This document shows positions 29,401 to 38,679 of a stretch of 64,000 nt of DNA, piece by piece. Numbering within the stretch: position 1 is the stretch's first letter; each line of letters opens with the position of its first letter. Below the pieces are notes generated by a model. The model worked only from the letters and a program-made list of their open reading frames with translations. It made no database searches and was not told the DNA's origin. The stretch is taken from IMG/VR virus record IMGVR_UViG_3300018068_000002, positions 1 through 64,000 of that record. One strand, 5' to 3'. Origin of the DNA: a virus. Lineage: Duplodnaviria; Caudoviricetes. The translations under genes and the position numbers were made by a program.

Positions 29401-31764
29401 TCCACTTGTAAAACCAGCAATTGCTTTTTTAATTTCTTCATCGAGTTTCTTTAATTCATCATATGCTTTTTTTGCAGCATCAACAAATGCTTGAACTCCT
29501 TTCATTTCTCTGGAAATCATTTCTTTTGCGACTTCCCAAGCAGTGTCTAAACTATATTGTTCTTCAACTAATTTATCTACTAATTTTTGTTGTAATGCTT
29601 GAATTTGAACTGGGTCACTCATATTTGTACTGTTAAGCATAGTATTAAATTCATTCGCAAATTCAGCATTTTCTGCAAATACTTTTTTTACCATTGGAAT
29701 ATAATATGATTTTAATTGATCACTGGCATTATCATAAGTCTTAATAAAAAATTCGTTAAGAGATACAGGAAGTTCATTAAAAATAGAATTATATTGGTCA
29801 TAAAAACCACCTAAAAATTCTTTTAATTGATCTGTATAAACTGTTGGATCAAACAATGAATTCTTTAAAAAATCTGCTTGAGGAGTTCCTTCAATTAATC
29901 CTGCAGCTTTAACCATTTCAATTTGTGCTGCTTGAATATCATTAAAACTTCCAGTCTTTATTTCTTCAAGCACTTTATTTCTATCTTTTATATATTTTTT
30001 CCCACCTTTTCTTTCGGCTTCCACCAAGGCATCATAATAAAGAGTAGCATTTTTAGCACCATCATCCCCCATCTTTTCAACAATCTCTTTATCAGAATAA
30101 ATTCTTTTTCCAGAATCGTCAACTTCGTCTTTTAAATTTTCAAATTCTTGAATGACATAAGCTCCAATTGAAGACATTTGACTTTGAGTTTCAGTAGTAA
30201 ATGCATCTGAATCAATAAATAATGCTTCTGACATTTTTGTATTTATAAGTTTATTAACTAATGAAAGTCGCGCAGCAGCCTCATCACTTACCTTTTTAGC
30301 ACCAAAAATATCATATTTCCCCATTGCATCACTTGCATTCTTTTCTAAAGTTTCTCCAAAATTAGCATATATACCCTTATATTCAACTGAATCATCTCCA
30401 AGCATTTGTTGAACAAATTTATTTCTATAAAATACAATATCTTCTTTTGTTAATCCACCAGTAGCAATTTTTTGTTTATCCCCTTCACCTAATCCTTCGA
30501 GAAAATTAAATCCAGATTGAATATCAAATCCCATTTCAGTTGAAATGGAATTTAAATCTTGTAAAAGATCATCTTGAATACTTGGAATTTTTCTAATTTC
30601 TTTTAGAATTTCTTCATAACTTAATTTATTATTAGAAACAGCTTTTGCCATTTTTTCAAGTGCTTCTTCCATAGTTATTTGACCGTCTTCAACTTCTGAA
30701 ACTGCTTGATCAAATTGTCCTTGAATAGATAATGGATCAAAACCCTTTTGAATTCCATAACTCATTAATTGTTGTCTAATTGATTCAGATCCTGCTCTAG
30801 CTTGTTCTAAATATTTTTTACCTTCTTCAGTTAGATTTTCTTCATCAGTCCAACCAGCTTCTTTAACTAATACATTTCTATCTGCATATGCTTTTTCAGC
30901 ATCTTGTTTTGCCAATGCAAGTTTTCCAGCAAGTTCTTTTTTCATTGCATCTATATTTCTTAATCTTGCATTTCCTTCTTCATCTATTCCTATGACTAAA
31001 TCAGGATTAATATCTGCAAGTTCTTTTGTTACTGCTAATAATTCTTCTTTTTCAGAATCTTGCAATGATATTTTACTAGTTAATTCTTCATATCTATTTA
31101 TAAGATTTTGTAATGTTGAAGCCTCTCTTGAACTTGTATCTGCAATAGCTAAACTTGCTTTATAGTTATCATAAATAGCTTGTTTATGTTTTTTCCATGC
31201 ACTAATAGAAGCTATTAAAACAACAGCTAAAACTGCAAATGCTCCTAAAGTTAATGCTACTGCCGCATTATAAGCATGCATTGCTGCAGTTGCAGTCATG
31301 GTAGCGGCTGTTTCAGCATTTCTAAAGAAAATCATTTTTGCAATTGTTGCAAAAATTCTTGGACCAAGAGATAAAGTTTTTGAATCTAAAAATATTGATT
31401 TTGCTTTTACTGCATTTTGCATTTCAATAGCAATAGTTTCAGCTTGGATTGCTGTAGTTGCTACTAAATATTTTGCAATCATTGCTGCTGATGTTATAGT
31501 TAAAGCAGACATAACTGGACCCAAAGCAGTAAATTTATCTACTAACCCACTAATTGAATCATAAACAGTTTTAATGGCTTCACTAGATGTTAATTTAACA
31601 TAAAATGCTTCAAAACTATTTTGCATTTTTTTATTAGCTGCTTCAACACTTTTAGTATAAATTTCATATTGTGCATTTGCTTCCCCAGCACTATTGGTTG
31701 ATGTTCTAATAAGTTGAAGAGTTCTATCATAATCATTCATAATAGCCATAAAACGAGATTGTTG
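26494..31764 (-). CDS. Tape measure protein, exon 3 (with C-terminal peptidoglycan-binding domain)
   Basis: Long helical Ala/Glu/Lys-rich ORF starting QQSRF. PG_binding_1-like GSAGDWVKYIQ...ADGKFGSET..AVRAFQ..NGLQVDGKVGPLTW. Spliced TMP about 2475 aa. Confidence 0.9.
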   Translation of the reverse strand, partial: QQSRFMAIMNDYDRTLQLIRTSTNSAGEANAQYEIYTKSVEAANKKMQNSFEAFYVKLTSSEAIKTVYDSISGLVDKFTALGPVMSALTITSAAMIAKYLVATTAIQAETIAIEMQNAVKAKSIFLDSKTLSLGPRIFATIAKMIFFRNAETAATMTATAAMHAYNAAVALTLGAFAVLAVVLIASISAWKKHKQAIYDNYKASLAIADTSSREASTLQNLINRYEELTSKISLQDSEKEELLAVTKELADINPDLVIGIDEEGNARLRNIDAMKKELAGKLALAKQDAEKAYADRNVLVKEAGWTDEENLTEEGKKYLEQARAGSESIRQQLMSYGIQKGFDPLSIQGQFDQAVSEVEDGQITMEEALEKMAKAVSNNKLSYEEILKEIRKIPSIQDDLLQDLNSISTEMGFDIQSGFNFLEGLGEGDKQKIATGGLTKEDIVFYRNKFVQQMLGDDSVEYKGIYANFGETLEKNASDAMGKYDIFGAKKVSDEAAARLSLVNKLINTKMSEALFIDSDAFTTETQSQMSSIGAYVIQEFENLKDEVDDSGKRIYSDKEIVEKMGDDGAKNATLYYDALVEAERKGGKKYIKDRNKVLEEIKTGSFNDIQAAQIEMVKAAGLIEGTPQADFLKNSLFDPTVYTDQLKEFLGGFYDQYNSIFNELPVSLNEFFIKTYDNASDQLKSYYIPMVKKVFAENAEFANEFNTMLNSTNMSDPVQIQALQQKLVDKLVEEQYSLDTAWEVAKEMISREMKGVQAFVDAAKKAYDELKKLDEEIKKAIAGFTSGAALEQTKTFGFNGLQRIDNDLYTLTGNAVEEERQKRVSAFVIELQQEMEEINDALLNNKNELEDIAIKGDNVTAVEVERAKVLVTSSDELIQQNKFMERMLDDALKLTDAEKARKNYLETTSAINSISALASSLKDLGGLYTQINEGTMTQLDIITAIAENPDYLQFLTVQNDQLKLSSALLIQEAKHRIENVKTLINERIAKITAAQSSLKAIINSKVGEEEANKNLARQTIQDLQETTDANELAQTGKLDALKVYEKAIQQTDEAEDNAYQNSIKRIQSQIEAFRKRTLAMQGEDVGDATTVKTKGVDLKTQNLEIKEVVTQSTDWWQEYLDDRGVTSKTLVDQAKDLWNILENDKKGLAATLSTLKMPVESFLSEVSGKSKDGSDKVEELNDSLEKFYNTLRKIERLQSEISLIEAQMGLNSTDAKEDLKLIKEKAKKMNELIGYQKGLINLRQNELRTMQNQVPLYNGFLFLENGILKVRQAALSVALLSGRISQEQYDKTVDFLEKYQEVYNGIQESLKTIVDLEEERESMRKEMVDRAINVRQQLYDAFREMDEQEIQATEDKFDKLKEMEDDYLSAIKDAIDKEREMREQSQDEQDLLKKQRQLSTLQRDTSGRYAERVADLQTEIAEDQQDLRDKQIDRQYETLQKQYELQQEQRDIELQLLQEQMRLREDSGYYWSMVDQTIKEGPDKINAVLTGTEGFQKLDPLAKSEQLRTIQDDAKYISKLYQEGVSLSKNSTTSVANAIGYAIAAAIKAGTSDEDYSPIDDEDDGSDTGGGSEIPDKAYPGQIFTTGSAGDWVKYIQQKILSWNADALPRYGADGKFGSETYSAVRAFQTANGLQVDGKVGPLTWEKLNQYKEGGVVDYTGAAAVHGTLQDPEAFLNAKQTELIAKLRDTLENNGVNTINKTPIVNNNNSITIGDVIVNLENETNASPDEIAKLVRKEILNAYQNRMTTPVQRVR

Positions 31765-31893
31765 CATAAAAAAAGAAGCTATGCTTCTTTTATCTATTAA
31801 TTTTCACTAATAGTCTGACCATATCTTTACTTTTCAGTAGTTTCCACTTCGGAGTTTTTTCCTCCTACTCTCTTACGAGATGGTCGATGAACT

Positions 31894-32733
31894 TTATTCT
31901 TCTATATACTTCCATTTGAATCCACAACTCGTATAATTTTTATGGATAGCCATATTAATAGATTGAGGAGATATTTTTTGATTTCTCGCGGCCTCTGCAC
32001 AAGAAAGAAAAATTTGTATTAAATTCCCTTCTAAATCATATTGACCTACTTTTTTAAGATTTTTACAATTTAATATATAAAGACCATGAAAATTATTTTC
32101 TGAATAAGAAATAATCTCTAAATTTCCTACCCAATTATTTAATTTATTTCCATTTTTATGATTTACTACTAAATTATTTTCTCTTTCTAAATCTAAAAAA
32201 ACCTCTGCTACTAACCGACTGGCTAAATGTGAGTGTAATTTTCCTTCATATTTTAAATTATATTCTCTATATCCACCAAGATTAATCTTCCCTTTTAATA
32301 TTTTTTTAGTTAATGTATTTTTTACTTGCCCAAAATTTGAAACTAAAAAAATAGTATTTCTAAAAGGTTCCCATTTTGCTTCTTTTTCTTCTGGAAAAGA
32401 AATGGATAAATTAATGTCTTTTTTTCTATTTATAATATAATTATTTTCTGAAGGGGAAACCCATTCTAAATTTTCTAATCGGTTATCTAATTTATCGCTA
32501 TTTTTATGATGAACGTAAGTTTTTATTTCTGGATTATCATTTTCAAGATAATAGATAGCTAATAATCTATGTTGAGAAAAAGAATATTTTTTATTCTTCC
32601 ATCTTAAATCATAATATTTATAACTATTTCTAATAGTTCCTTTATAATAATTTCCAGTTTTTTTATTTAAAATTTCACCTTTTTCATCAATCCAATAAGT
32701 TGTTTGTTCATTATTAATTATTATATTTTTCAT
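31894..32733 (-). CDS. Intron-encoded HNH homing endonuclease with two tandem NUMOD4/HNH-like units and a C-terminal NUMOD1-like domain
   Basis: HRLLA...VHHKNSDKLDNRLENLEWV and SRLVAEVF...VNHKNGNKLNNWVGNLE. ATG 32733 follows AAGAGG. Confidence 0.87.
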   Translation of the reverse strand: MKNIIINNEQTTYWIDEKGEILNKKTGNYYKGTIRNSYKYYDLRWKNKKYSFSQHRLLAIYYLENDNPEIKTYVHHKNSDKLDNRLENLEWVSPSENNYIINRKKDINLSISFPEEKEAKWEPFRNTIFLVSNFGQVKNTLTKKILKGKINLGGYREYNLKYEGKLHSHLASRLVAEVFLDLERENNLVVNHKNGNKLNNWVGNLEIISYSENNFHGLYILNCKNLKKVGQYDLEGNLIQIFLSCAEAARNQKISPQSINMAIHKNYTSCGFKWKYIEE

Positions 32734-32752
32734 AAAACCTCTTTTTACTTTT

Positions 32753-32781
32753 ATTATAACATAAAAATTCAAAAAAGTCAA
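32753..32781 (-). promoter_or_regulatory. SigmaA/70-type promoter inside intron B driving the HNH gene
   Basis: TTGACT-17 bp-TATAAT, about 20 nt upstream of the ATG. Confidence 0.75.
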
Positions 32782-32966
32782 ATATAGAAGAATCTTAGCT
32801 GCGGATTTTCCAATATTATTTAATTTTACTTTACCTTTCATTATTACTGAAAGCCATATAATATATTGCTATTTATACTTAGTTAAATAATCTCTAAGGA
32901 AGTTCCCGCAATTCAAAAACTTTTATTTATCCCTGTAAGGCTTGGGAATGGAGACGCCAACACTTA

Positions 32967-33213
32967 ACGTGCTCCAGCAGCCATAGTAGCAATATATGCT
33001 TTTTGATTACGAGTTAATGATACCCACTTATTTCCTAAATCATTAAATACTTCATCTAAATCTCTAAATTCTCCAGTAGTACCTCTAAGAGCAACTCCAA
33101 CAGACTTTAGTGCTTTTTCAACTCTATTTGCATCAACACCATCTTCTAATACTGCAATAGGATTTTCTTTCATTTCTACAAATCTAGCGATAATTGTTTT
33201 AAGAGCAGTACCA
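32967..33213 (-). CDS. Tape measure protein, exon 2
   Basis: GTALKTIIARF...VEKALKSVGV...FRDLDEV..LGNKW..LTRNQKAYIATMAAGAR, a typical TMP repeat region. Confidence 0.88.
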
Positions 33214-34378
33214 CATTTATGTTCCATAATAGTCGTTAATTATTATGCGAATCTTATTCAGCTTTATCTTTCAATAAAGATCAGACTATATCATCACTTT
33301 CGTGTCCCATTTTTCAGACCACTTGGTCTTACATAATAGTCGTTGAACCTGTTCCTATCCGGAACTCGGCGGCTGATTGCCCAATCCATTTATTTTTTAA
33401 CCATCACACTTATTATTTCTAATTATGTTGTGGTATAAATAGTTCTAAGGGGTTCCCAGCAATTTAAAGGATTTAAAGGCCACAGGTAATGTCTTTAAAA
33501 ATTCTTGGTATTTTCTTTCTAGATAAATATTTGAGTTTAAGTATAAAAAATTCAAGATTTCTATTACATCTTGTTTTTTATTAATTTCTAATCTAAAAGT
33601 AACTTGAGAATTCCCAGAATTACGTATTTTAGATTGGCAAAATTGGTTGAAAATTTTTTGCACTTCTGATAAAAAATCAAATGTACCTAAAATTACAATT
33701 CCATTTCTTTTGCCAAATCGCACATTTCCATCTCCATCTACATACCCTCTAATGAAATGTTTAATTAAATTTAAAGGGACTTGCTCTAGATTTGGAAATT
33801 TTAAAATTAAAGATTTATTTGGTAAGCATCCCAGTTTAATTAAATTTTCTTTTACTTGTCTATTAGAAAAAGTAATACCTTTTTGGATACCAGTTCTGTC
33901 TGGATAATGAGGACTTTTAGACTGCCTTGTATAAATTGCATTAGAACATTTACAATAATTTTTAAAATGTTCTATATGTTTTTCATCTCGCTCTTGTAAT
34001 TGCAAGCCAATCTCATTTCTATCTTCTCTTATCCATCCATCAGCATATAAAAAACCAAGCCAATAAGCATCTTCTTCTGTTTCAATTTTCATAAATAGTT
34101 TATCCGATACGGAATTACCAATAATATATTGGTTTCTATTTGTTTGAATTTCTACTCCTTCAGAAATTAAATTTCTTTTTACTGTATCCCAACCTATCTT
34201 TAATTCTTTCGCAATTTGATTTATACTTTTATTTTCCTCTAAATATTTTATCTTTATTAATTGTTTACGTTCTTCCTTAGTCATAATAATACCTCCATTA
34301 TTATATTCCCTATAAATAATGTAGATTTTATCTAAGAAAAATCAAATAAACACCAGAATTTTTTGACAAAAAATGTTT
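33214..34378 (-). mobile_element. Group I intron A in tape measure gene
   Basis: Splicing AT|T GGT restores EAPEA-I-GTALKT. P AAATTGCTGGGAACCCC, Q GGGCAATCAGCC, R TTCAACGACTAT, S ATGATATAGTCTG, terminal G at 33214. The 5' site could alternatively lie 6 nt further on (intron start 34372). Confidence 0.88.
33445..34284 (-). CDS. Intron-encoded LAGLIDADG homing endonuclease with N-terminal HTH
   Basis: AYWLGFLYADGWI and HFIRGYVDGDGNV. Confidence 0.88.
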   Translation of the reverse strand: MTKEERKQLIKIKYLEENKSINQIAKELKIGWDTVKRNLISEGVEIQTNRNQYIIGNSVSDKLFMKIETEEDAYWLGFLYADGWIREDRNEIGLQLQERDEKHIEHFKNYCKCSNAIYTRQSKSPHYPDRTGIQKGITFSNRQVKENLIKLGCLPNKSLILKFPNLEQVPLNLIKHFIRGYVDGDGNVRFGKRNGIVILGTFDFLSEVQKIFNQFCQSKIRNSGNSQVTFRLEINKKQDVIEILNFLYLNSNIYLERKYQEFLKTLPVAFKSFKLLGTP

Positions 34379-36288
34379 ATGGCCTCAGGAGCTTCACGAG
34401 TAGTTTCAATACCTTTTGCTAAAATACCAAGAGTAGCATCAAAACTCATACCAGCAGTATAAGCAGATGATGCAACTTTTTCCATTGAAGTTGATAATTC
34501 TTGGAAATCAGCCGCTGAATAAGCTCCAACCGCCGCAAATTTATCAGTAACATCCATAGCTTTACTTGCTTCCATGTTATAAGCATTTATAGATGCAGTA
34601 AGTGTTTCACTAGCTTGTGTAAAAGTAACACTAGATAATGCGGCTGCTTTTGTTGTAGCCTCAACCATGCTCATAACTTGAGCAGTATTCATACCTTGTT
34701 GATAGAAAATTTTTGCTCCTTCAAGATATTCTCTGGTTGTTGTACTAAGACCTCTAGCAACACGATTAAACATTTCAAAACTTTGCCAAAGTTCTGCAGT
34801 TGTTTGTTTTGTAACGATTCCAATTTGAGTAATTTCTTTATCTAAATCAGAAACTACAGAAATAGATCTTCTAATAACTTCAGATGCTTTATCTAATAAA
34901 TAAGTAACAGATACCAATTGTAAAAGTTTTGTCTTTATTAGATCAGTAACTTCCCCAACTGTTTCTTGTTTTTCATGTAATTTATCAAGAGTAACAGCAG
35001 TTCTTTCTATTGCTTCTCCAGTTTCATCAAAAGCTTTAACTAAAGGTTGTGTGCTATTTAAAATGTTGGTTTTATAATCTTTAAATGTTTCATTATTTTT
35101 TTCAAATGCTTTTCGCTCTTGTTCAAGAAGAGGAGTTCTTTCAATTTCTTCTTGATTTTGAATCTCATCAATTTTTGTTTTAGTTTCATCTCTTGCAGAA
35201 ATTAAAGCATTTTTTCTAGTTTCTCTTGGAGTAACATAATTAATAAATTCTTGATTAGGATTTTTTCTTCTAATATCCGCAGCAACATTTATTTCTTTTT
35301 GTTTCTCATCATATTTTTCTTGTTCTTCATTTATTAATTTTAAGGTAAAAAATTTATCTTTTAAAATATCTAGATTTTTCATTAAATCTAAATTTTCTTG
35401 TCTTACTAATTCTAAACCTTTCTCAAGATTTTTTAAATAAGTATCAGTAAAATCGCCTTTTGCGACCCTTTCTAATCCAGTTTTACCTTTAACTCCAAAT
35501 CTTTTATAATCATCAGGAGTTGCAGTTCCACTAGCTAATAAATCCTTTGCATCTTGAATATCTTTTGCTTTTCTTGATTGTCTTTCTTTATCTAGTTTTT
35601 TTTCTAATTCGGCTTGATCTTTAGGAATTTCTATTACTAATTTTTGAAATTCTTCAAATGATTTAGTTCTAATATTAAGTTCATTCTTTAAACTTTCAGT
35701 AATTTCTCTTTCAATTTCTTTATTTTTTTCTATTCTCTCGCCATCTTCACTTTCTAATCTTTTTAAACCTGCTTGTCTAGTAGCCTCTATATTAGCTTCT
35801 CTAGCTAGAGTTTTTTCATTTATTTCAGCATCAATAATTCTTAAAGCTTTATTTATTGATTCATCACCGTAGTCAATTTTAAATGTATCTTTAAATTCTT
35901 CTTTAATCTTATCTATAGCTATTCTAGCATCATTAGTTATTTGACCTAATTGTTTTTGAATATTTTGAATATCAATAGAAGGTGTCCCAGAATCAAGTTT
36001 AGATGTAAACTCAAATAATTTCTTTAAACTACTATCAATATTTTCATCATATTTTCTTAAATTTTCAATATCTTTTTTATTGAATTTATCTTTGTTTTCT
36101 GCTAGTTTTTTAGCCAAAACAATTTCTTTATTTAAGTTATCTAATAATATTTTTGCAGTTTCTTTTTGATCTTTATTAGCATTACTACTATTAATAACAT
36201 CAACAAATTTTTGTGCAGCTATCGCCGCATCATCAAAAACTTTAGTATCTAATTTTAAACTAATTATAAGTTCTTCTTTTTTCGCCAT
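34379..36288 (-). CDS. Tape measure protein, exon 1
   Basis: Helical N-terminus, then LDKEITQIGIVT, A..FYQQG, DKFAAVGA.SAADFQELST.M.KVASSA (TP901-family TMP core pattern). Confidence 0.88.
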
Positions 36289-36302
36289 TAACTATACACC
36301 TC

Positions 36303-37790
36303 CTATTTTACTAATTTTTTTAAATTTAAAAAAGCTTCTAAATCACTATCTAAAGCAATTCTATAAGCTTTTTCAAAAAGATTGTTATACTCTCCAGGCG
36401 ATCTTCTACCTTCTGAAATATCAAATAAAGCACGTCTTTTATACATATCATATGAATAAAGTCTTTTTTTACTTTCTATATTTCTTGTAGATTCTAATAC
36501 TGGTTCATTCCAATAATCATTTGGTCTTAAACTAATAGTTATAGAACCTAAAAAACTTCTATAATTTGCAGAATCTTCTATTAAACCTGCAATAACAGTA
36601 GATTTTGGAACTATCTTATCTTTTATTAATAAAAAATCTATATGTTGTGTTGATTTTATATCTTCTTTTAAATCTGTTCCAACATAAAATACAAATAAAG
36701 CTCTAAATAAATCATCAAATATTTTCATAAAATGGTAATAATTCTTTAATCCCGTTCTTCCAATTAAAATTCTATCTGTAGAATATTTTTTTAATTTTGC
36801 AAAGTTAGCCATATACCATTGTAAAGCAGAAATTGACTCTCTACTTCTTAAAACTTCACTAGGAAATATTCCTGAAATATTTCTAATACTTGAAGTAACT
36901 ACTTTAGGTCTAAAAGTTGAAGTTTCAGATTCTTTAACACTAAACCCATAACTTTTTTCTTTCCCAAGTCTTTCCATCTCAAATTTTAAATTTACTTGTA
37001 TATCTTGTTTACTTTCAGAACCACCTAGTTTCCTTGAACTATAACTAAAAGTTCCACCACTCTTTTTTACCATTGTATCTAATATAGTTTCTAAAACTAA
37101 AAATTTTCCAATTTCTCCAAGGTTTCCAGTTATATCACTTTTAACCCCGGTAATTGTTCCAGCAATTTCCTTTTTAATAAGATCAAAAGAACCACTTTCT
37201 AAATCTTTATATTTTAAATTAAAAAGCGCTCCTCCTTGATCTACTTGCCTTTTAAAACTATTAAGAACTTGCTCAAAAGCAGTTCTTTCACTTGCAGCGA
37301 TTGGTGCAGAAAGAACTAATCGTTGGAAACTAATAATTAAATCATTAACTGCTTCAAAACTAGTTGAAACTAAACTTTGAATTTTTAAAAGTTTGTTCAG
37401 AGGAGTTGATTCCATAACATCTTGTAATAAATTTTTCTTAACGAACTTTGTATCCAACCCTTCTCTTATTGAGTCCATCATTAATGTTGTTGGGTCAAGT
37501 TTTAAAACTTTTTGATAAAGAGAATTAAATTCATCAAAATTATTTAATCCAATTGTCTTATAAAATAACTCTTCTCTTTTTTTTTGTTTTTCTAACTGTC
37601 TTTTAAAAAAATCTTTTTTAACGTATCTAGATGCTCCCTCACTTCTTGAATCATGTAAAGTATCAATTGCATCTTTAAAAGAACTAACTGTACTATGAAT
37701 ATATTTATAAGGTCTAGTTCCAGCCGCTTCAATACCAGCTTTTCTTAATTGACTATAATAATTTTGTTGGGTTCCTTCTTTTCCTTTCAT
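36303..37790 (-). CDS. Hypothetical protein upstream of TMP
   Basis: 495-aa ORF with RBS GGAGG; weak PD-(D/E)xK-like spacing. Confidence 0.7.
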   Translation of the reverse strand: MKGKEGTQQNYYSQLRKAGIEAAGTRPYKYIHSTVSSFKDAIDTLHDSRSEGASRYVKKDFFKRQLEKQKKREELFYKTIGLNNFDEFNSLYQKVLKLDPTTLMMDSIREGLDTKFVKKNLLQDVMESTPLNKLLKIQSLVSTSFEAVNDLIISFQRLVLSAPIAASERTAFEQVLNSFKRQVDQGGALFNLKYKDLESGSFDLIKKEIAGTITGVKSDITGNLGEIGKFLVLETILDTMVKKSGGTFSYSSRKLGGSESKQDIQVNLKFEMERLGKEKSYGFSVKESETSTFRPKVVTSSIRNISGIFPSEVLRSRESISALQWYMANFAKLKKYSTDRILIGRTGLKNYYHFMKIFDDLFRALFVFYVGTDLKEDIKSTQHIDFLLIKDKIVPKSTVIAGLIEDSANYRSFLGSITISLRPNDYWNEPVLESTRNIESKKRLYSYDMYKRRALFDISEGRRSPGEYNNLFEKAYRIALDSDLEAFLNLKKLVK

Positions 37791-37803
37791 ATGCTACCTC
37801 CAT

Positions 37804-37833
37804 AAAAAAAAGGGGTAGCAATTAAGCTACCCC
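37804..37833 (-). terminator. Intrinsic terminator
   Basis: GGGGTAGC-TTAATT-GCTACCCC + T8 on the minus strand. Confidence 0.75.
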
Positions 37834-38615
37834 TCAATATCTTGATTTAAAAAGAAAAATCTAGCTAAAGTTTTTCCATCTTTATCCGGAAATGCTTTTA
37901 GTCTAAAATTCGATACTATTGGGTTTGCCCTTATTCCAAATGTCAAACCTATATTTGACATTAACTGCACTTTCGGCATTATCATTAATACCGTTTCTCT
38001 AGTGCCATCCTTTTCATCAACAAAATAAACTTTTGCTGTCAACTTAAAAAACCCTTTTATTCTCTCTCCGCCAATTTCGTACATGTAAATTCCAATATTT
38101 TTAAAATAATAGTCTATTAGAACATTAGTATAAGCATTACCAGAACCTAAACTAATTTCATTATTAGTAATTGAAGAAATTGTTAATTTTTCAATTATAA
38201 TTCCTTCAGAAATTTTATAAACAAAAATAGATTTATTAATATCAACATTATTACTAACTATTGCTTTTCCAGTTGCGTCAGTAACTAAAGTTTCTCTTTT
38301 AGGAACAGAAATAACATTACTAGCAATTTCAAAATATTCACTTTGTGTAACTAAATTAAATCCTGTTCTATTTATAAGTCCATCTTCTAAATCAAATGTA
38401 ACATCATTGACATTTTGCCAAGACATTAGTGGAAAATTATATTTCCCACCTCTAATTTCGCTTCTTTCTGTTAATCCTAAAATATTATTTAACTGTATTT
38501 TATCAAAATACATAAATACTTCATTTGATTCAAAAGATTTTCCGTTTATCTCTATACTATCTGTAGTTTTTAAACTAACTTCATACAATTCTTTTACGCC
38601 AAATTTATCATACAT
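37827..38615 (-). CDS. Tail tube protein paralogue
   Basis: Shares (F/Y)G(V/I)KE...(V)MYFD...RGG..N..L.SW with 38680-39450. Confidence 0.7.
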   Translation of the reverse strand: MYDKFGVKELYEVSLKTTDSIEINGKSFESNEVFMYFDKIQLNNILGLTERSEIRGGKYNFPLMSWQNVNDVTFDLEDGLINRTGFNLVTQSEYFEIASNVISVPKRETLVTDATGKAIVSNNVDINKSIFVYKISEGIIIEKLTISSITNNEISLGSGNAYTNVLIDYYFKNIGIYMYEIGGERIKGFFKLTAKVYFVDEKDGTRETVLMIMPKVQLMSNIGLTFGIRANPIVSNFRLKAFPDKDGKTLARFFFLNQDIEG

Positions 38616-38642
38616 TCTCCTTACCTCCTATAAAAATATAAT

Positions 38643-38670
38643 AAAAAAAGGGGATAGTAAAACTATCCCC
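38643..38670 (-). terminator. Intrinsic terminator after major tail gene
   Basis: GGGGATAG-loop-CTATCCCC + T7. Confidence 0.75.
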
Positions 38671-38679
38671 TATAAATCA

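Larger units (their letters stand above)
31765..32966 (-). mobile_element. Group I intron B in tape measure gene
   Basis: Splicing restores AAGAR|QQSRF; exon ends in U, intron ends in G. P GAATTGCGGGAA, Q AAATCCGCAG. P7 shows compensatory GACCAT/ATGGTC in place of GACTAT/ATAGTC. Confidence 0.9.
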
